Shown here: positions 18,785-28,523 of the stretch, piece after piece | How the letters are laid out: the number at the start of each line of letters is the position of its first letter | Numbering within the stretch: the first letter of the stretch is position 1 | Assembly: GCA_963789815.1 (NCBI GenBank) | Contig: CAWBMG010000011.1 | Location: forward strand, 63,128 to 127,127 | Source: an uncultured Acidobacteriota bacterium | Lineage (GTDB): Bacteria > Acidobacteriota > Vicinamibacteria > Vicinamibacterales > UBA2999 | Length of the DNA: 64,000 bases | Direction of reading: 5' to 3' | The notes under the pieces: generated by a model | What the model was told of the DNA's origin: nothing | The model's input: only the letters and a program-made list of their open reading frames with translations | The model's database searches: none | Position numbers and translations under genes: made by a program

Positions 18785-19970
18785 TTTTCCACTTTTCCAC
18801 TTCTCCAAGGATCGCCTCCGCCGCTCGCCCGCTTGCGCCAGGTTGGCCAAGCCGTTCGCGAACCTGCTTCAAGGCCTGGCGTGTTTGGTCGTATCCTGCG
18901 GCGTTGGTGAGCAAGGTGACGGTTTCATCGGCGACGCGTTGTGCGGTGAACTCGTCTTGGATCAACTCAGGGACGATTCGGCGGCCAGCCACAAGATTCG
19001 GCATGGCATACGTGTCTACGTGTACGAATGGTTTGCCGATCCGGTATGTCAGAGGCGACAGTCGGTAGACGACGACCATCGGGCGCTCGTGGAGAGCGCA
19101 CTGCACGGTCGCAGTGCCGGATGCAGTAACGACGACGTCGGAGGCCGCAAGCACGTCGTCGACTCGGTCACGAACCAGGATGGGCCGCCCGAAGGCGACT
19201 GATGCTCCCCGGTCGTGCGAACCGCCTCCAGGCGGCCCGGCCAGCAATGGATCGAACAGGTGGTCGCCAAGGTGCGGCGCGCATGCAACCACGAATTGGA
19301 CGTTCGGGACTCGTGCGCGGATGAGCGGCAAGGCGTCCGCCAGTGTGGGCACGATGCGCTCGAGCTCGTTGGTGCGGCTGCCAGGAAGTAGTGCAACCGT
19401 TGGTACGTCGCTCGCAAGGCCGTGCTCACGAAGAAATGTTTCGCGCTGTAACGCTCCATCCAGTCGAGACATCTCAACCAGTGGATGTCCAACGAACTGC
19501 ACCGGCACGCCAGCCCGCCGATAGATTTCTTCCTCGAATGGGAAGATGACCAGCACCCGATTGACGTGCCGCTTCATCGTCCGCATGCGGCCTGCGCGCC
19601 ACGCCCAGAGTTGCGGACTGATGTAGTAGACGACTGGTATCCCCAGCCGCCTCATCGAGGCCATGAGCCAGAAATTGAAATCGGGAAAATCGACCGCAAC
19701 GAAGACATGCGGCTTCAGCTCACGAGCAGCACGAATGAGTCGTCGCAGCATCCCAAACGAGCGCGGGAGGACGCCAAGCGCCTCTGTGAGCCCAGTGACC
19801 GACAGCCCGTTGTAGTGCCCGATCAAACGCCCTCCGCTCGCCTGCAGACGCTCGCCACCGAGCCCAAAGATGTCGATGTCGGGGACGCGTGAACGCAACT
19901 CCGCCGCAAGCGCGCCTGCGTACATGTCGCCAGACGGCTCACCGCAGGAAATCAAGACCCGTGTGTTCAT
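18765..19970 (-). CDS. lpxB: lipid-A-disaccharide synthase
   Basis: N-terminus ISCGEPSGDMYAGALAAEL and overall LpxB-like sequence. The last ~12 residues (EVEKWKSGKVEK) are encoded by the octamer repeat. Confidence 0.85.
   Translation of the reverse strand: MNTRVLISCGEPSGDMYAGALAAELRSRVPDIDIFGLGGERLQASGGRLIGHYNGLSVTGLTEALGVLPRSFGMLRRLIRAARELKPHVFVAVDFPDFNFWLMASMRRLGIPVVYYISPQLWAWRAGRMRTMKRHVNRVLVIFPFEEEIYRRAGVPVQFVGHPLVEMSRLDGALQRETFLREHGLASDVPTVALLPGSRTNELERIVPTLADALPLIRARVPNVQFVVACAPHLGDHLFDPLLAGPPGGGSHDRGASVAFGRPILVRDRVDDVLAASDVVVTASGTATVQCALHERPMVVVYRLSPLTYRIGKPFVHVDTYAMPNLVAGRRIVPELIQDEFTAQRVADETVTLLTNAAGYDQTRQALKQVRERLGQPGASGRAAEAILGEVEKWKSGKVEK
18767..18806. repeat. octamer tandem repeat ACTTTTCC x5 (GGAAAAGT on the coding strand)
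   Basis: Read directly. It spans the lpxB stop and the candidate starts of the next gene. Confidence 0.95.
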
Positions 19971-19974
19971 GCTT

Positions 19975-20045
19975 CCGTGTTCTGGGTGCTGGGTTCCTGT
20001 TCAGGTTCGGAAACCTGAACATGCACTGAGAACAGAGAACATAGA
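19975..20045. repeat. imperfect hairpin of GTTCTGG/GTTCAGG words; core stem 19999-20020
   Basis: GTTCAGGTT-CGGA-AACCTGAAC is a perfect 9-bp stem, and the flanks pair imperfectly. Lies between the M16 stop and the lpxB start, so it is terminator-like for the minus-strand transcript. Confidence 0.75.
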
Positions 20046-20075
20046 AGTTTGAACGGGGCTGTGCTTCAGCGTGCT

Positions 20076-22487
20076 CTAGCGCGGTCTTTGGAAGAGCCCC
20101 TCGTCGACCGGTATGTTCAGTGCAACGTTGGTAAGAGTTCTCGTCATGATGGGCCGGCCGTCGTGCAGGACTTCGGCTTCGAACGGCATCTGAATCCCCG
20201 TCACATTCCGATAGTCAGAAAAGACCTCCTCGACGACGACTTGCCGCCCGTCGGGGCCAGAGACAACAAAGGACTGCTTTACGATGCGCATCTGGTCGTC
20301 GAGAACCAGCTTCACCGGATCGACACCACTACCGCTGAGCTCGAGCACCGTCGCGCCCTTTCCAGCGCCTTCGTCGGTCGGCAGCAGGCGGACGGTCAGG
20401 CGGCCCTCGGATGCTGCGATCAGCAGCGGAATCGCCTCACGCCGAACGCTGGCGGCGAAATCGTCACGGACCGGGGGAGGTGCCTCGCGCACACCGCCGG
20501 GATCTTTCATCCAGGCCCGACCAGCGTTGTAGATCTGCACGACCTGCTGGCCTTCCACAGTGGCGTCCACGCGAAACTTGTCGGGGTAGATCACGTACGT
20601 CTTGGTCATCGACGCGAGAGGTTTCTGAGCGAGCTGAAATGTCGTGTTTGCGTCGGCCACCATCGTGCGGACGCCTTTGAGGGCCGCGAGACCACCCCTT
20701 ACATCAACGACGCGTCTCAAAACAGACACGCCTTTCGGATCATTCGGGACGTTTGGAGCGTTCGGGACGTTCTGCAGACCGGAGTCGTTCGAATCGTTCG
20801 AGCCGTTCCGCGTTCGCGCCGACTGTAGGTCACCCGCACGAGGATTGACCTGATTGCGCGTATAGCCTGGCGGCGAGAACGCGAACAAGTCGAACCTACC
20901 GAACGACTTGGACAAGTCGAACGATCCGAACAATTCGACCACCCGACGCTGTTCTCGCCGGAGGGTGGCTGACATCAAGTCGAGATCCTCGATCGGAATC
21001 ACGTCGATCTCGCCGAAGCCGACCGCGCGGAGCTGTGGCAGAAACGCGCGCGCGTTACCGACAAGGACGATGGATAAACGATCGGGTCTGACGTACTGCT
21101 GCGCGACACGCTGAATGTCGTCCGGCGTGACAGCCTGCACACGTTCGCGGAATGTCGTGATCTCCTGCATCGGCAGCTCGTAGAACACGGCATTCAGTAT
21201 CTGCGTGGCAATGTCGTTGGGTGTCTCGATCGTGAGTGGAAAGCTGCCCGCCAGGTACGCCTGTGCATCGGCGAGTTCCCGCTCGAAGACCCGCTGTCGC
21301 TGGAGACGACCGAACTCATCCACCATCAACCTTAGCGCCTCACCGGTCGTCTCGGTCCGCGTGTCCGTCTCGGCGACGAAGTCGCCGGCCTGCTTCATCG
21401 CTTCAGTTTCGGCGGACGCACCATAGGTCAACCCGCGCTCGGAGCGAAGGATCCGGTGGAGTCGATTCGCGCCTTCGCCACCCAGAATCTTTACAGCGAG
21501 GTCGAAGGCCAGGTAGTCGGGATGCTTGCGCGGAATGCCCAGCTGTCCAACGCGAATCTCAGTCTGAACGGAGTCGGGCTTGTCCACGACGACCACGCGG
21601 CGCGTGGGAGGCGGCGGCTCGAACGCCTTCGCCGTCGCAACGTCACCGCGCGGCCACGCGCCAAAAATCTTCTGAGCCGTGTCGAACGCCTCTTGACTGG
21701 TGACGTCGCCTACGATGGCCAGAATCATGTTATTCGGCACGAAATACTGGCGGTGGAACGACGTGAGATCCTCTCGTGTGATGCCGAGAATCGTCTCGGG
21801 CGTCCCGCTGCCGGGCAAGCCGTATGGGTGAAAGCCGTAGACCAGGCGGTCAAACAGGGTCGAGGCGATGTAGTCCGGATCGTTGCTGCTGACTTGCAGA
21901 GAGGACATCACCTGCTGCCTTTGGCGATCGATCTCTTCTGGAGAAAAAGCGGGATTGCGCACGACGTCGCTCAGAAGATCCATCGCCAGGCCGAAGGAGT
22001 CCTTCATCACGACGGCGTTCGCAAACGTCAGATCGGATCCGGAGCCGGTGCCCAACGCCCCGCCGATTGAGTCGATTTGGTCGGCGATCTGCTGCGCGCT
22101 TCTCGTGGCGGTCCCCTGGTCGAGCAAGTTGGCGAGGAGCCCGGCAAGACCGGCTTTCCGCTCGGGGTCCTGCGCAGCACCGGCCCGAACCAGCAGGCGC
22201 ATCGTCACCGCGGGCTGCTCGTGATGAAGCACCGCGACAACCTGCATGCCGTTGTCGAGGGTGCGCACCTCATAAGGCGGGAACTTGACCTCGCGAGCCG
22301 GCAACGGTCGCGGCGCCCGCTCCGATGGCCAGCTCACGCTCGGGTCTTGTTGTGCGCCGGCCGCGGACACGCAGAGCAGCGCAACCGACACGCTGAGGGC
22401 GACCCCCAGCATCCAGATTCCCGACCCCAGGCGCGATTCCCGAGGCTGTTTTGTCAGGCCCACCTGGACCTCATCTCGACCCGGCAC
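20076..22487 (-). CDS. M16-family peptidase subunit (no HxxEH) fused to a C-terminal ~250-aa LolA-like domain
   Basis: M16 fold without the zinc motif (partner of the upstream HxxEH subunit). A low-complexity linker is encoded by a repeat element. GTG start at 22487; an alternative ATG lies at 22412. Confidence 0.7.
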   Translation of the reverse strand: MPGRDEVQVGLTKQPRESRLGSGIWMLGVALSVSVALLCVSAAGAQQDPSVSWPSERAPRPLPAREVKFPPYEVRTLDNGMQVVAVLHHEQPAVTMRLLVRAGAAQDPERKAGLAGLLANLLDQGTATRSAQQIADQIDSIGGALGTGSGSDLTFANAVVMKDSFGLAMDLLSDVVRNPAFSPEEIDRQRQQVMSSLQVSSNDPDYIASTLFDRLVYGFHPYGLPGSGTPETILGITREDLTSFHRQYFVPNNMILAIVGDVTSQEAFDTAQKIFGAWPRGDVATAKAFEPPPPTRRVVVVDKPDSVQTEIRVGQLGIPRKHPDYLAFDLAVKILGGEGANRLHRILRSERGLTYGASAETEAMKQAGDFVAETDTRTETTGEALRLMVDEFGRLQRQRVFERELADAQAYLAGSFPLTIETPNDIATQILNAVFYELPMQEITTFRERVQAVTPDDIQRVAQQYVRPDRLSIVLVGNARAFLPQLRAVGFGEIDVIPIEDLDLMSATLRREQRRVVELFGSFDLSKSFGRFDLFAFSPPGYTRNQVNPRAGDLQSARTRNGSNDSNDSGLQNVPNAPNVPNDPKGVSVLRRVVDVRGGLAALKGVRTMVADANTTFQLAQKPLASMTKTYVIYPDKFRVDATVEGQQVVQIYNAGRAWMKDPGGVREAPPPVRDDFAASVRREAIPLLIAASEGRLTVRLLPTDEGAGKGATVLELSGSGVDPVKLVLDDQMRIVKQSFVVSGPDGRQVVVEEVFSDYRNVTGIQMPFEAEVLHDGRPIMTRTLTNVALNIPVDEGLFQRPR
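20738..20940. repeat. hairpin-type word element (CGTTCGA/TCGAACG words) lying in frame inside the M16 ORF
   Basis: Left arm ~20738-20820 and right arm ~20876-20940 are imperfect reverse complements. Translated as ...FDLSKSFGRFDLFAF...NGSNDSNDSGLQNVPNAPNVPND. Confidence 0.7.
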
Positions 22488-23838
22488 CCTTCGGCAGGAT
22501 GTGGAGCACCATTCGATTGGCCTCGTTGAAATAGGTTTTCGCGACCCGCTGGACGTCGGCGGTCGACACGTTCATGAAGATGTCGAACTCTCCATCCGCC
22601 GTGGTGATGTCGTTGTGGATGACCGCCGCGTGCGCGAGGTGCAAAGCCTTTTCCTGATTCGACTCCCGGCCAACGATGTAGTCGCGGGCGAACTGGTTCT
22701 TGGCGCGCTGGAGCTCGGTGGCCAACACGGGCTCGCGTTTGAGCTTCTCAAACTCGGCAATCAGCGCCTGTTCGGCCTCGACAGGCGTCTTGCCGGGTTG
22801 CACGATCGCGACGGCATAAAAGAGGTTGGGGTCCTCGGTGATATTGCCGCTGCCGAACGCCGTCAACGCAAGCCGCTTCTTGTAGACCAACTCGAGAGGA
22901 ATGCGCGCGCTGAGGCCGTCGGACAAGATCTTCGACGTGATGTGGAGCGGGTACGCGTCGACGTGGCCGTCGTACGTGACGTGGTAAGCAACCACGACGG
23001 CCGGCAGTGGCCACGCTTCCTCCACCACCGCGCGCGTCTCGCGCGTCTGTGGCGGCTCCTTCGGTATATCTCGAGGGACTGGCTTTGTCGCTTTGGGAAC
23101 GCGGGCGAAGTACTGGGTGACGATCTGGAGCGCCTGCACCGACTCGAAGTCCCCGACCAGGGTCAGCGTCGCGTTCTCCGGGACATAGAACGTGTTGTGA
23201 AACTCGCGAACATCGTCGATCGAGGCAGCCTCGAGGTCAGCCATGCTGCCAATCGTCGGGTGCTTGTAGGGATGTGCCACGAAAGCGTGGTCGTAAATGA
23301 TTTCCGACAACCGCCCGTAAGGCTGGTTCTCGACACGCATCCGCCGCTCTTCCTTGACGACTTCACGCTCGCGACGAAAGGCGGTCTCGTCCACGCGAAG
23401 AGTGGCCATTCGATCCGCCTCCATCCACAACGCGAGCGGCATGTATTGCTGCGGCAGCGTCTGCCAGAAGACCGTTTCGTCCTCTGTCGTATAGGCGTTA
23501 CTGCGCCCGCCGACGCTGGCGATGATGGACGTGTGCGACTCGGGCTCGACGTTCTTCGACCCCTTGAACATCATGTGCTCGAACAAATGGGCAAAACCGG
23601 TTCGGCCAGGGCGCTCGTTCTTCGATCCCACGTGATACCACAGGGATATGTGGACGATTGGGGTCGAATGGTCTTCCGAGAGAATCACGCGAAGCCCATT
23701 TGGCAGCGTCGTGATTTGGTACTGCAGCTTGGGCGGGCGCACCGCCGCATGCAACGGCACCCATACGGCGGCCGCGATGGCGCAAACGAGCAGAAGCACA
23801 CCGAGACGCCACAGGAGACGACGGATGCGAGGGGGCAT
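22471..23838 (-). CDS. M16-family zinc peptidase (pitrilysin-like, catalytic subunit)
   Basis: GFAHLFEHMMFKGS (HxxEH) motif and a signal/TM N-terminus. Confidence 0.85.
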   Translation of the reverse strand: MPPRIRRLLWRLGVLLLVCAIAAAVWVPLHAAVRPPKLQYQITTLPNGLRVILSEDHSTPIVHISLWYHVGSKNERPGRTGFAHLFEHMMFKGSKNVEPESHTSIIASVGGRSNAYTTEDETVFWQTLPQQYMPLALWMEADRMATLRVDETAFRREREVVKEERRMRVENQPYGRLSEIIYDHAFVAHPYKHPTIGSMADLEAASIDDVREFHNTFYVPENATLTLVGDFESVQALQIVTQYFARVPKATKPVPRDIPKEPPQTRETRAVVEEAWPLPAVVVAYHVTYDGHVDAYPLHITSKILSDGLSARIPLELVYKKRLALTAFGSGNITEDPNLFYAVAIVQPGKTPVEAEQALIAEFEKLKREPVLATELQRAKNQFARDYIVGRESNQEKALHLAHAAVIHNDITTADGEFDIFMNVSTADVQRVAKTYFNEANRMVLHILPKGAGSR

Positions 23839-23867
23839 TGGCTAGCTTCGATTATGGCAGCTTTTCA

Positions 23868-23972
23868 CGAGGCTCATGGCTTAAGGCTCATGGTCTAAGG
23901 CTCATGGCTTAGGAAAACCCGCCCGCGGTCTCGGTTTCTTGCTTGAGCCCCAAGCCGTGAGCCATCAGCCCT
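23868..23972. repeat. GGCTCATGG-word hairpin element
   Basis: 3x GGCTCATGG[CT]TTAAG on the left (23871-23913); GAGCC...CCGTGAGCCATCAGCC on the right (23941-23970). Confidence 0.8.
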
Positions 23973-24767
23973 CTAGCGACTCAGGAGCCGCATGCCAACA
24001 CCTGTCCAAGTCTCCGTGCCGAACTCCAGTGGATACGGATCGATGCGTCGCTCGACGGCTAGAAACAACTCGATCGCCGCCGCTCGTCCAGTGAAACGCA
24101 TCCCGCCCTCGCCTCGAAAGCCTGTCTGGGTACCTCGGTTGCGACTGCCGTCAACGCCTAGCCGCCGCAGGTTTACAGTGCCGACGAGCGCAACCGCCCG
24201 TCGCACCTCGTGCCTCGCGGTTACGCCGCAGTCCAGTTCCCAGCGGTAGTCGACGTAAGTTCTGAGAATCGTGCCGCGTAAGTCAGCGCGCGCGTCGAGC
24301 CATGAGGCGTCACTCCCAAAGCGCTTTCGGACCCGCCCGCCAAACATGTTCCAATCGACGGGCTGACGCTTCGGCCTGTCGGCCAAATGGCGCGACTGGT
24401 GATAGAAGACCCCCCCGACTTCAACGCCGTCGATCAACGTCGTGAGGTCCCCTTCCAGGATGTAGTTGCCTTGATTGGGATCGAAGGGATGAAACTCCTC
24501 GCCGAGGATGGCTTGATAGTTGGCCACGAATGTCAGACGGGTCGATCCGTAGCCGATGATGCCTAGCTCGCCGCCAAAGTTCGTGTCCCAGACGTACCTC
24601 GGGTTGTCGTGAGACAGGTGTTCCATGTTGAGGTGAAAGTCGTAATCCGGCAGAAACTCGACGGCAGGCGCTGTCGCCGCCGGATTTTGCGATGTGCTGT
24701 TCTGACCGGCCGCGAGGTCGGCGCTGGCTCCGAGGACCAGCGCCACAAGGAGAACACGACGGATCAA
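23973..24767 (-). CDS. hypothetical secreted / outer-membrane-like protein
   Basis: Signal peptide MIRRVLLVALVLGASADLAAGQ and beta-rich composition. No recognisable motif. Confidence 0.45.
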   Translation of the reverse strand: MIRRVLLVALVLGASADLAAGQNSTSQNPAATAPAVEFLPDYDFHLNMEHLSHDNPRYVWDTNFGGELGIIGYGSTRLTFVANYQAILGEEFHPFDPNQGNYILEGDLTTLIDGVEVGGVFYHQSRHLADRPKRQPVDWNMFGGRVRKRFGSDASWLDARADLRGTILRTYVDYRWELDCGVTARHEVRRAVALVGTVNLRRLGVDGSRNRGTQTGFRGEGGMRFTGRAAAIELFLAVERRIDPYPLEFGTETWTGVGMRLLSR

Positions 24768-24842
24768 TCCGGTCCGTCCTGGGCGATACCGTCGGTGGTC
24801 ATCGACTGAATCTTATCGCGGGTGCCGTCGCTCGGTCGCACC

Positions 24843-27557
24843 TCAAAACGTGAATCGCAAGCCAAACCTGATCGCTCGTGGTGGCTGAACGGCTGTGACC
24901 GTACGAAACAAGGGTCCGGTCACGACGTCTTCTTCGACCTCGTTCGAGGTGTCAAGCAGATTGAACGCCTCGAACACGAGACCGAGTTTCTGACGGCCAA
25001 GCAACAACTCCTTGGCGACTCTCGCATCCAGCGTCAAGGTATACGTGAAACGCTGACCTCCGCGAGGGTAGGCCTGGATGGCCTCGAGACCCTGATTCAG
25101 CCCATCGGCGAGAACCATCCGCGAAAAGGGCTGACCATCCTGGTACCGCGCCGCGACGCCGAACCGGACGTCGCCCGGCGCGTTATAGACGCCAGACACC
25201 TTCATCACGTAGGCGCGGTCGAAGAACAGACGGCCGTACGCGGAGGTCTCTGCGTTCGGGGAGAGAAAAGCCTCACCCAACATGCCTTGATCGTTTTCGT
25301 CGGGCCGGAAACCGCGATTGGCGCCGATGCCTTCGCCCCGGTAGGCGGTTCCACCGAAGCGGAGCTGCCAAGTGGTGCCCAGTTCCTTGTCGATGGCGAT
25401 CTCGACACCCTGATAGCGCGACGGTTTGCGGTCGCTGTTCGTCAGCGAGTACCTGTCGCGTCCGAAACTGGCGACGCGGCGGTCGAAAATCGGGAGCGGG
25501 TCGAGCCCCGCATTACCCGCGATGTCCACGCCCGGATCCAGGACGTAGGAAACGGAGTAGTCCGCCGCGGTGACACCGACGTTGACCAGCGCAACAAGCT
25601 CCTGCTCCCGGCGATCCATCCCGGTAATTCGCCACCGCCACGACCCGATGGCGTGCTCGACACCAATCAGGAACTCTCGAGTCGAAGGCCTACGCAACTC
25701 GGGGTCGATGGTATTGGGTTGGGCGCCCGCGCAGCAGCCACCTACCGGGCCTATCTGGGTCAATTCGGACTCCGTGAACCGGCGGTCGCCGTTCAGATCG
25801 TCCCAGCGATAGGCGTATCCCGCTGGCCCGGCCGGATCGCCCACAGAGAAGTAGTCCAACGGCAAACGATGCTGGTACCAGGAGTATCCGGTTGACATCG
25901 CAAGGCGGCCTCCAGCCCTTGGCAGCCACCGCACCGAGAAACGCGGAGACAGATCCGCCCACTGGATCGTGTTCGACGCGCCGTCGGCGGATCCCCGGTC
26001 GTATTCGAACCGGAGGCCGGCGCTGGCTGTGAGACCCGACCGCAAGAAGATCCGATCGCTCATGAACCCGGTTGCGGACCGCGCGGCCCACCTCGACTTC
26101 GGACCAAGGTACCCGACATCCCACACTCGTGCCGGACGTCCGTTCACCAGCTCTCCGAACGGTGGCTGAGCAACAGGAGCGCTGGCGACGCTCGCTCCGC
26201 CGAACGTGGCTCCGGCGCGCACCAAATTGTCACGGCCGAGCCATCTCCTGAGCGGCGGAGTCCAGTTGGCCGACACGTCCCAACGCTGCCTTTCGCGGTG
26301 CACCGACTCCCCGAGGGCGAGAGGCGGCCCATCTCGCAATCGCTCGATCGTTCCGCCGAGCGCCGTCGAGCCCACCTTTGGGTCCGTCGTGAATCGCTGG
26401 TAGCCTCCGCCCACAGACCAGACGCCCCCGCCGGAGCGTTCCCAAATCGAATGCAACACGGTTGCGTTGACACGCTCATTTAGGTCGCGATTCTCGAACC
26501 GTGCCCGGCCGCTGAATGGTCGAGTGGTGTCGTTCACGGCGGCGACAACTCGAATGCTGTCACCACTCGCGAGCGTCGCGCGCCCATGCGCGTAAAAGGA
26601 TCGAACGTCACCCTTGAGAACCGCAGGATCTGTTCGTTCGACGCGCCCGACGTGTGTCAACCGCATCGACGCAAGCACGCCGACCCTGGGGCTAAAAGGG
26701 CCGCTCACGACGACGCTCCCGTCGGTCCAGGAATCGAAACGGGCGATCGACGCAGGGCCCGCGCTGGGCGCGGACGGCTGCAGCGCCCGCGGCGTGACGA
26801 AGGCCTGCGCCGTTCCCGTCCACGTGTCGCCAGGTCGGCGCGGAACCATGACGATTAGGGGACCGGGCCCTCCTGCTTCAGCCGGGAGGCTGGCTGAGTC
26901 GACTTCAACAGCGTCCAGGATATCGAGGTCTGGATACACGAGCGGCGTCCCGCGCCCGGGGTCTGTCACATCGAGCCCATTCAGCCGAAACGTTGTCTGC
27001 GACCAGGAACTTCCGTGACCGGCAATCAGCGACGGCTCCGCGCTCCAAAGCCCACCGTTGTCGATACGGTCGCTGATGACGAATGGATGAGCTGTTTCGA
27101 GGAGAGACCATACCGTTCGGCTGCCCGGCAGCGCACCGAGGTGCACCGGCCCGAAGGTTGTTTGGTGGGCAACACCAAACTGGTCATCCACGGCGATGCG
27201 CGATTCAAGAGTCCCCTCGAGGGGCGCCATCTGCGCAGAGAGACGAATAACGCCGCCGGGGGCGTTATAGAAGGTCGCTTCCATGGGGCGGAAGCCCATC
27301 CGCCGAGCTCGGAGGAGATATGACCCGACCGGGATCGTCAGCACGGCATCAGGAGCTGACTCGTCGATCATGATCGAATGTGTTACGCCCGCCCTCTCGA
27401 TCGCGATGAGCTCGATCGCGGTTCCCGCTGCGACAGTTCCATCGGGAACGGTGGCAGCAACCAGGACGGTGCCCAACCCGACTTGTGCATCGACCGAAGA
27501 CGTACGCGCCAGCACCACAACGAAGAGGAGAAGAGCGTCCACGCGCCATCGAAACAT
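24843..27557 (-). CDS. TonB-dependent receptor-like outer-membrane protein with N-terminal CarboxypepD_reg-like domain (Oar-like)
   Basis: About 900 aa with signal MFRWRVDALLLFVVVLARTSSVDAQ and a C-terminal ...RFGLRFTF barrel terminus. Confidence 0.7.
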   Translation of the reverse strand: MFRWRVDALLLFVVVLARTSSVDAQVGLGTVLVAATVPDGTVAAGTAIELIAIERAGVTHSIMIDESAPDAVLTIPVGSYLLRARRMGFRPMEATFYNAPGGVIRLSAQMAPLEGTLESRIAVDDQFGVAHQTTFGPVHLGALPGSRTVWSLLETAHPFVISDRIDNGGLWSAEPSLIAGHGSSWSQTTFRLNGLDVTDPGRGTPLVYPDLDILDAVEVDSASLPAEAGGPGPLIVMVPRRPGDTWTGTAQAFVTPRALQPSAPSAGPASIARFDSWTDGSVVVSGPFSPRVGVLASMRLTHVGRVERTDPAVLKGDVRSFYAHGRATLASGDSIRVVAAVNDTTRPFSGRARFENRDLNERVNATVLHSIWERSGGGVWSVGGGYQRFTTDPKVGSTALGGTIERLRDGPPLALGESVHRERQRWDVSANWTPPLRRWLGRDNLVRAGATFGGASVASAPVAQPPFGELVNGRPARVWDVGYLGPKSRWAARSATGFMSDRIFLRSGLTASAGLRFEYDRGSADGASNTIQWADLSPRFSVRWLPRAGGRLAMSTGYSWYQHRLPLDYFSVGDPAGPAGYAYRWDDLNGDRRFTESELTQIGPVGGCCAGAQPNTIDPELRRPSTREFLIGVEHAIGSWRWRITGMDRREQELVALVNVGVTAADYSVSYVLDPGVDIAGNAGLDPLPIFDRRVASFGRDRYSLTNSDRKPSRYQGVEIAIDKELGTTWQLRFGGTAYRGEGIGANRGFRPDENDQGMLGEAFLSPNAETSAYGRLFFDRAYVMKVSGVYNAPGDVRFGVAARYQDGQPFSRMVLADGLNQGLEAIQAYPRGGQRFTYTLTLDARVAKELLLGRQKLGLVFEAFNLLDTSNEVEEDVVTGPLFRTVTAVQPPRAIRFGLRFTF

Positions 27558-27659
27558 GAGGAGCGATTGTCGCTTCCGGTCCTTCTCACTGTCCACTCTC
27601 GTCGAGTCCCGACGATTTCTGATGGCGGAACAAGAACTCTCGTCTATGATGAGGCATCA

Positions 27660-28522
27660 ATGAGCCGGACCTGGCTTGGTCTGAGTGTGACTGTGATCGT
27701 TTCGCTGGCTGCCGCACCGGCCGTTGCGCAGAGCGATCCCTCAGCCCCACTCGACGTCCCGAATTCAGTTGAGGTCGTCAATCCGGTAGCCAGCACTGAT
27801 CAAACCGAGCTGACGCTGCCGGCAACACCCGCGTCCACCGAGGCCGTCGACAAGCCGTTCAAGCGGCTCTTTCAGAATCTATTCACGGACTTGCGAAGGC
27901 TGCCATCCAAGGACACTGCGGTCGTCATGAGCATCGGCTCTGTCTTGGGTATCGCCGCTCATCCACTTGACGACCACATCACGGAGCACGCGTCGGCCGG
28001 CGGTACGGATCAGGTCTTCGCGGTGGGCGGCGCACTCGGTGGAGGTTACTTGCAGGCTGGCGGTGCGATCGTCACCTATGCGATCGGCAAGATGACGAAG
28101 CAGCCGACCGTTACCCACATCGGCGCCGATCTGATCAGGGCTCAGGTGTTGGCCGGCGTGGTCACGCACAGTATCAAACTGGCCGTCCGCCGTGACCGCC
28201 CTGGCGGCACGCCTGGCCACATGCCGGCCACGTACGCCTTCCCCTCAGGACATGCAGCGGCCACGTGGGCGTCGGCCACAGTTCTGTGGCGCCATCTCGG
28301 TTGGAAGGTCGGCGTGCCCGCTTCAGGTACCTCGCGATGTACGTCTCCGGAGCGCGCCTGCAGCAAAACCAGCACTACCTGAGCGACGTGCTGTTCGGAG
28401 CGGCTCTTGGAGTCGCCTCGGCACGGACCAGTACGATCGGTCACTATGGACGGAGGTTCGTCGTGACGCCGACGGCAGTTCCGGGCGGAGTCGCCGCCAT
28501 GGTGTCGGTTACGCAGCAATAG
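27660..28522 (+). CDS. PAP2-family phosphatase, apparent frameshift near 28318-28325
   Basis: Signal peptide, KLAVRRDRPGG and PSGHAA motifs in frame A. The third PAP2 motif (SGARLQQNQHYLSDV) lies in ORF 28265..28522. Confidence 0.65.
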
Positions 28523-28523
28523 T

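Noticed and set aside
22285-23898. 537-aa ORF on the plus strand
   Set aside because: Antisense shadow of the HxxEH M16 peptidase gene.
24822-25895. 357-aa ORF on the plus strand
   Set aside because: Antisense shadow of the TonB-dependent receptor-like gene.
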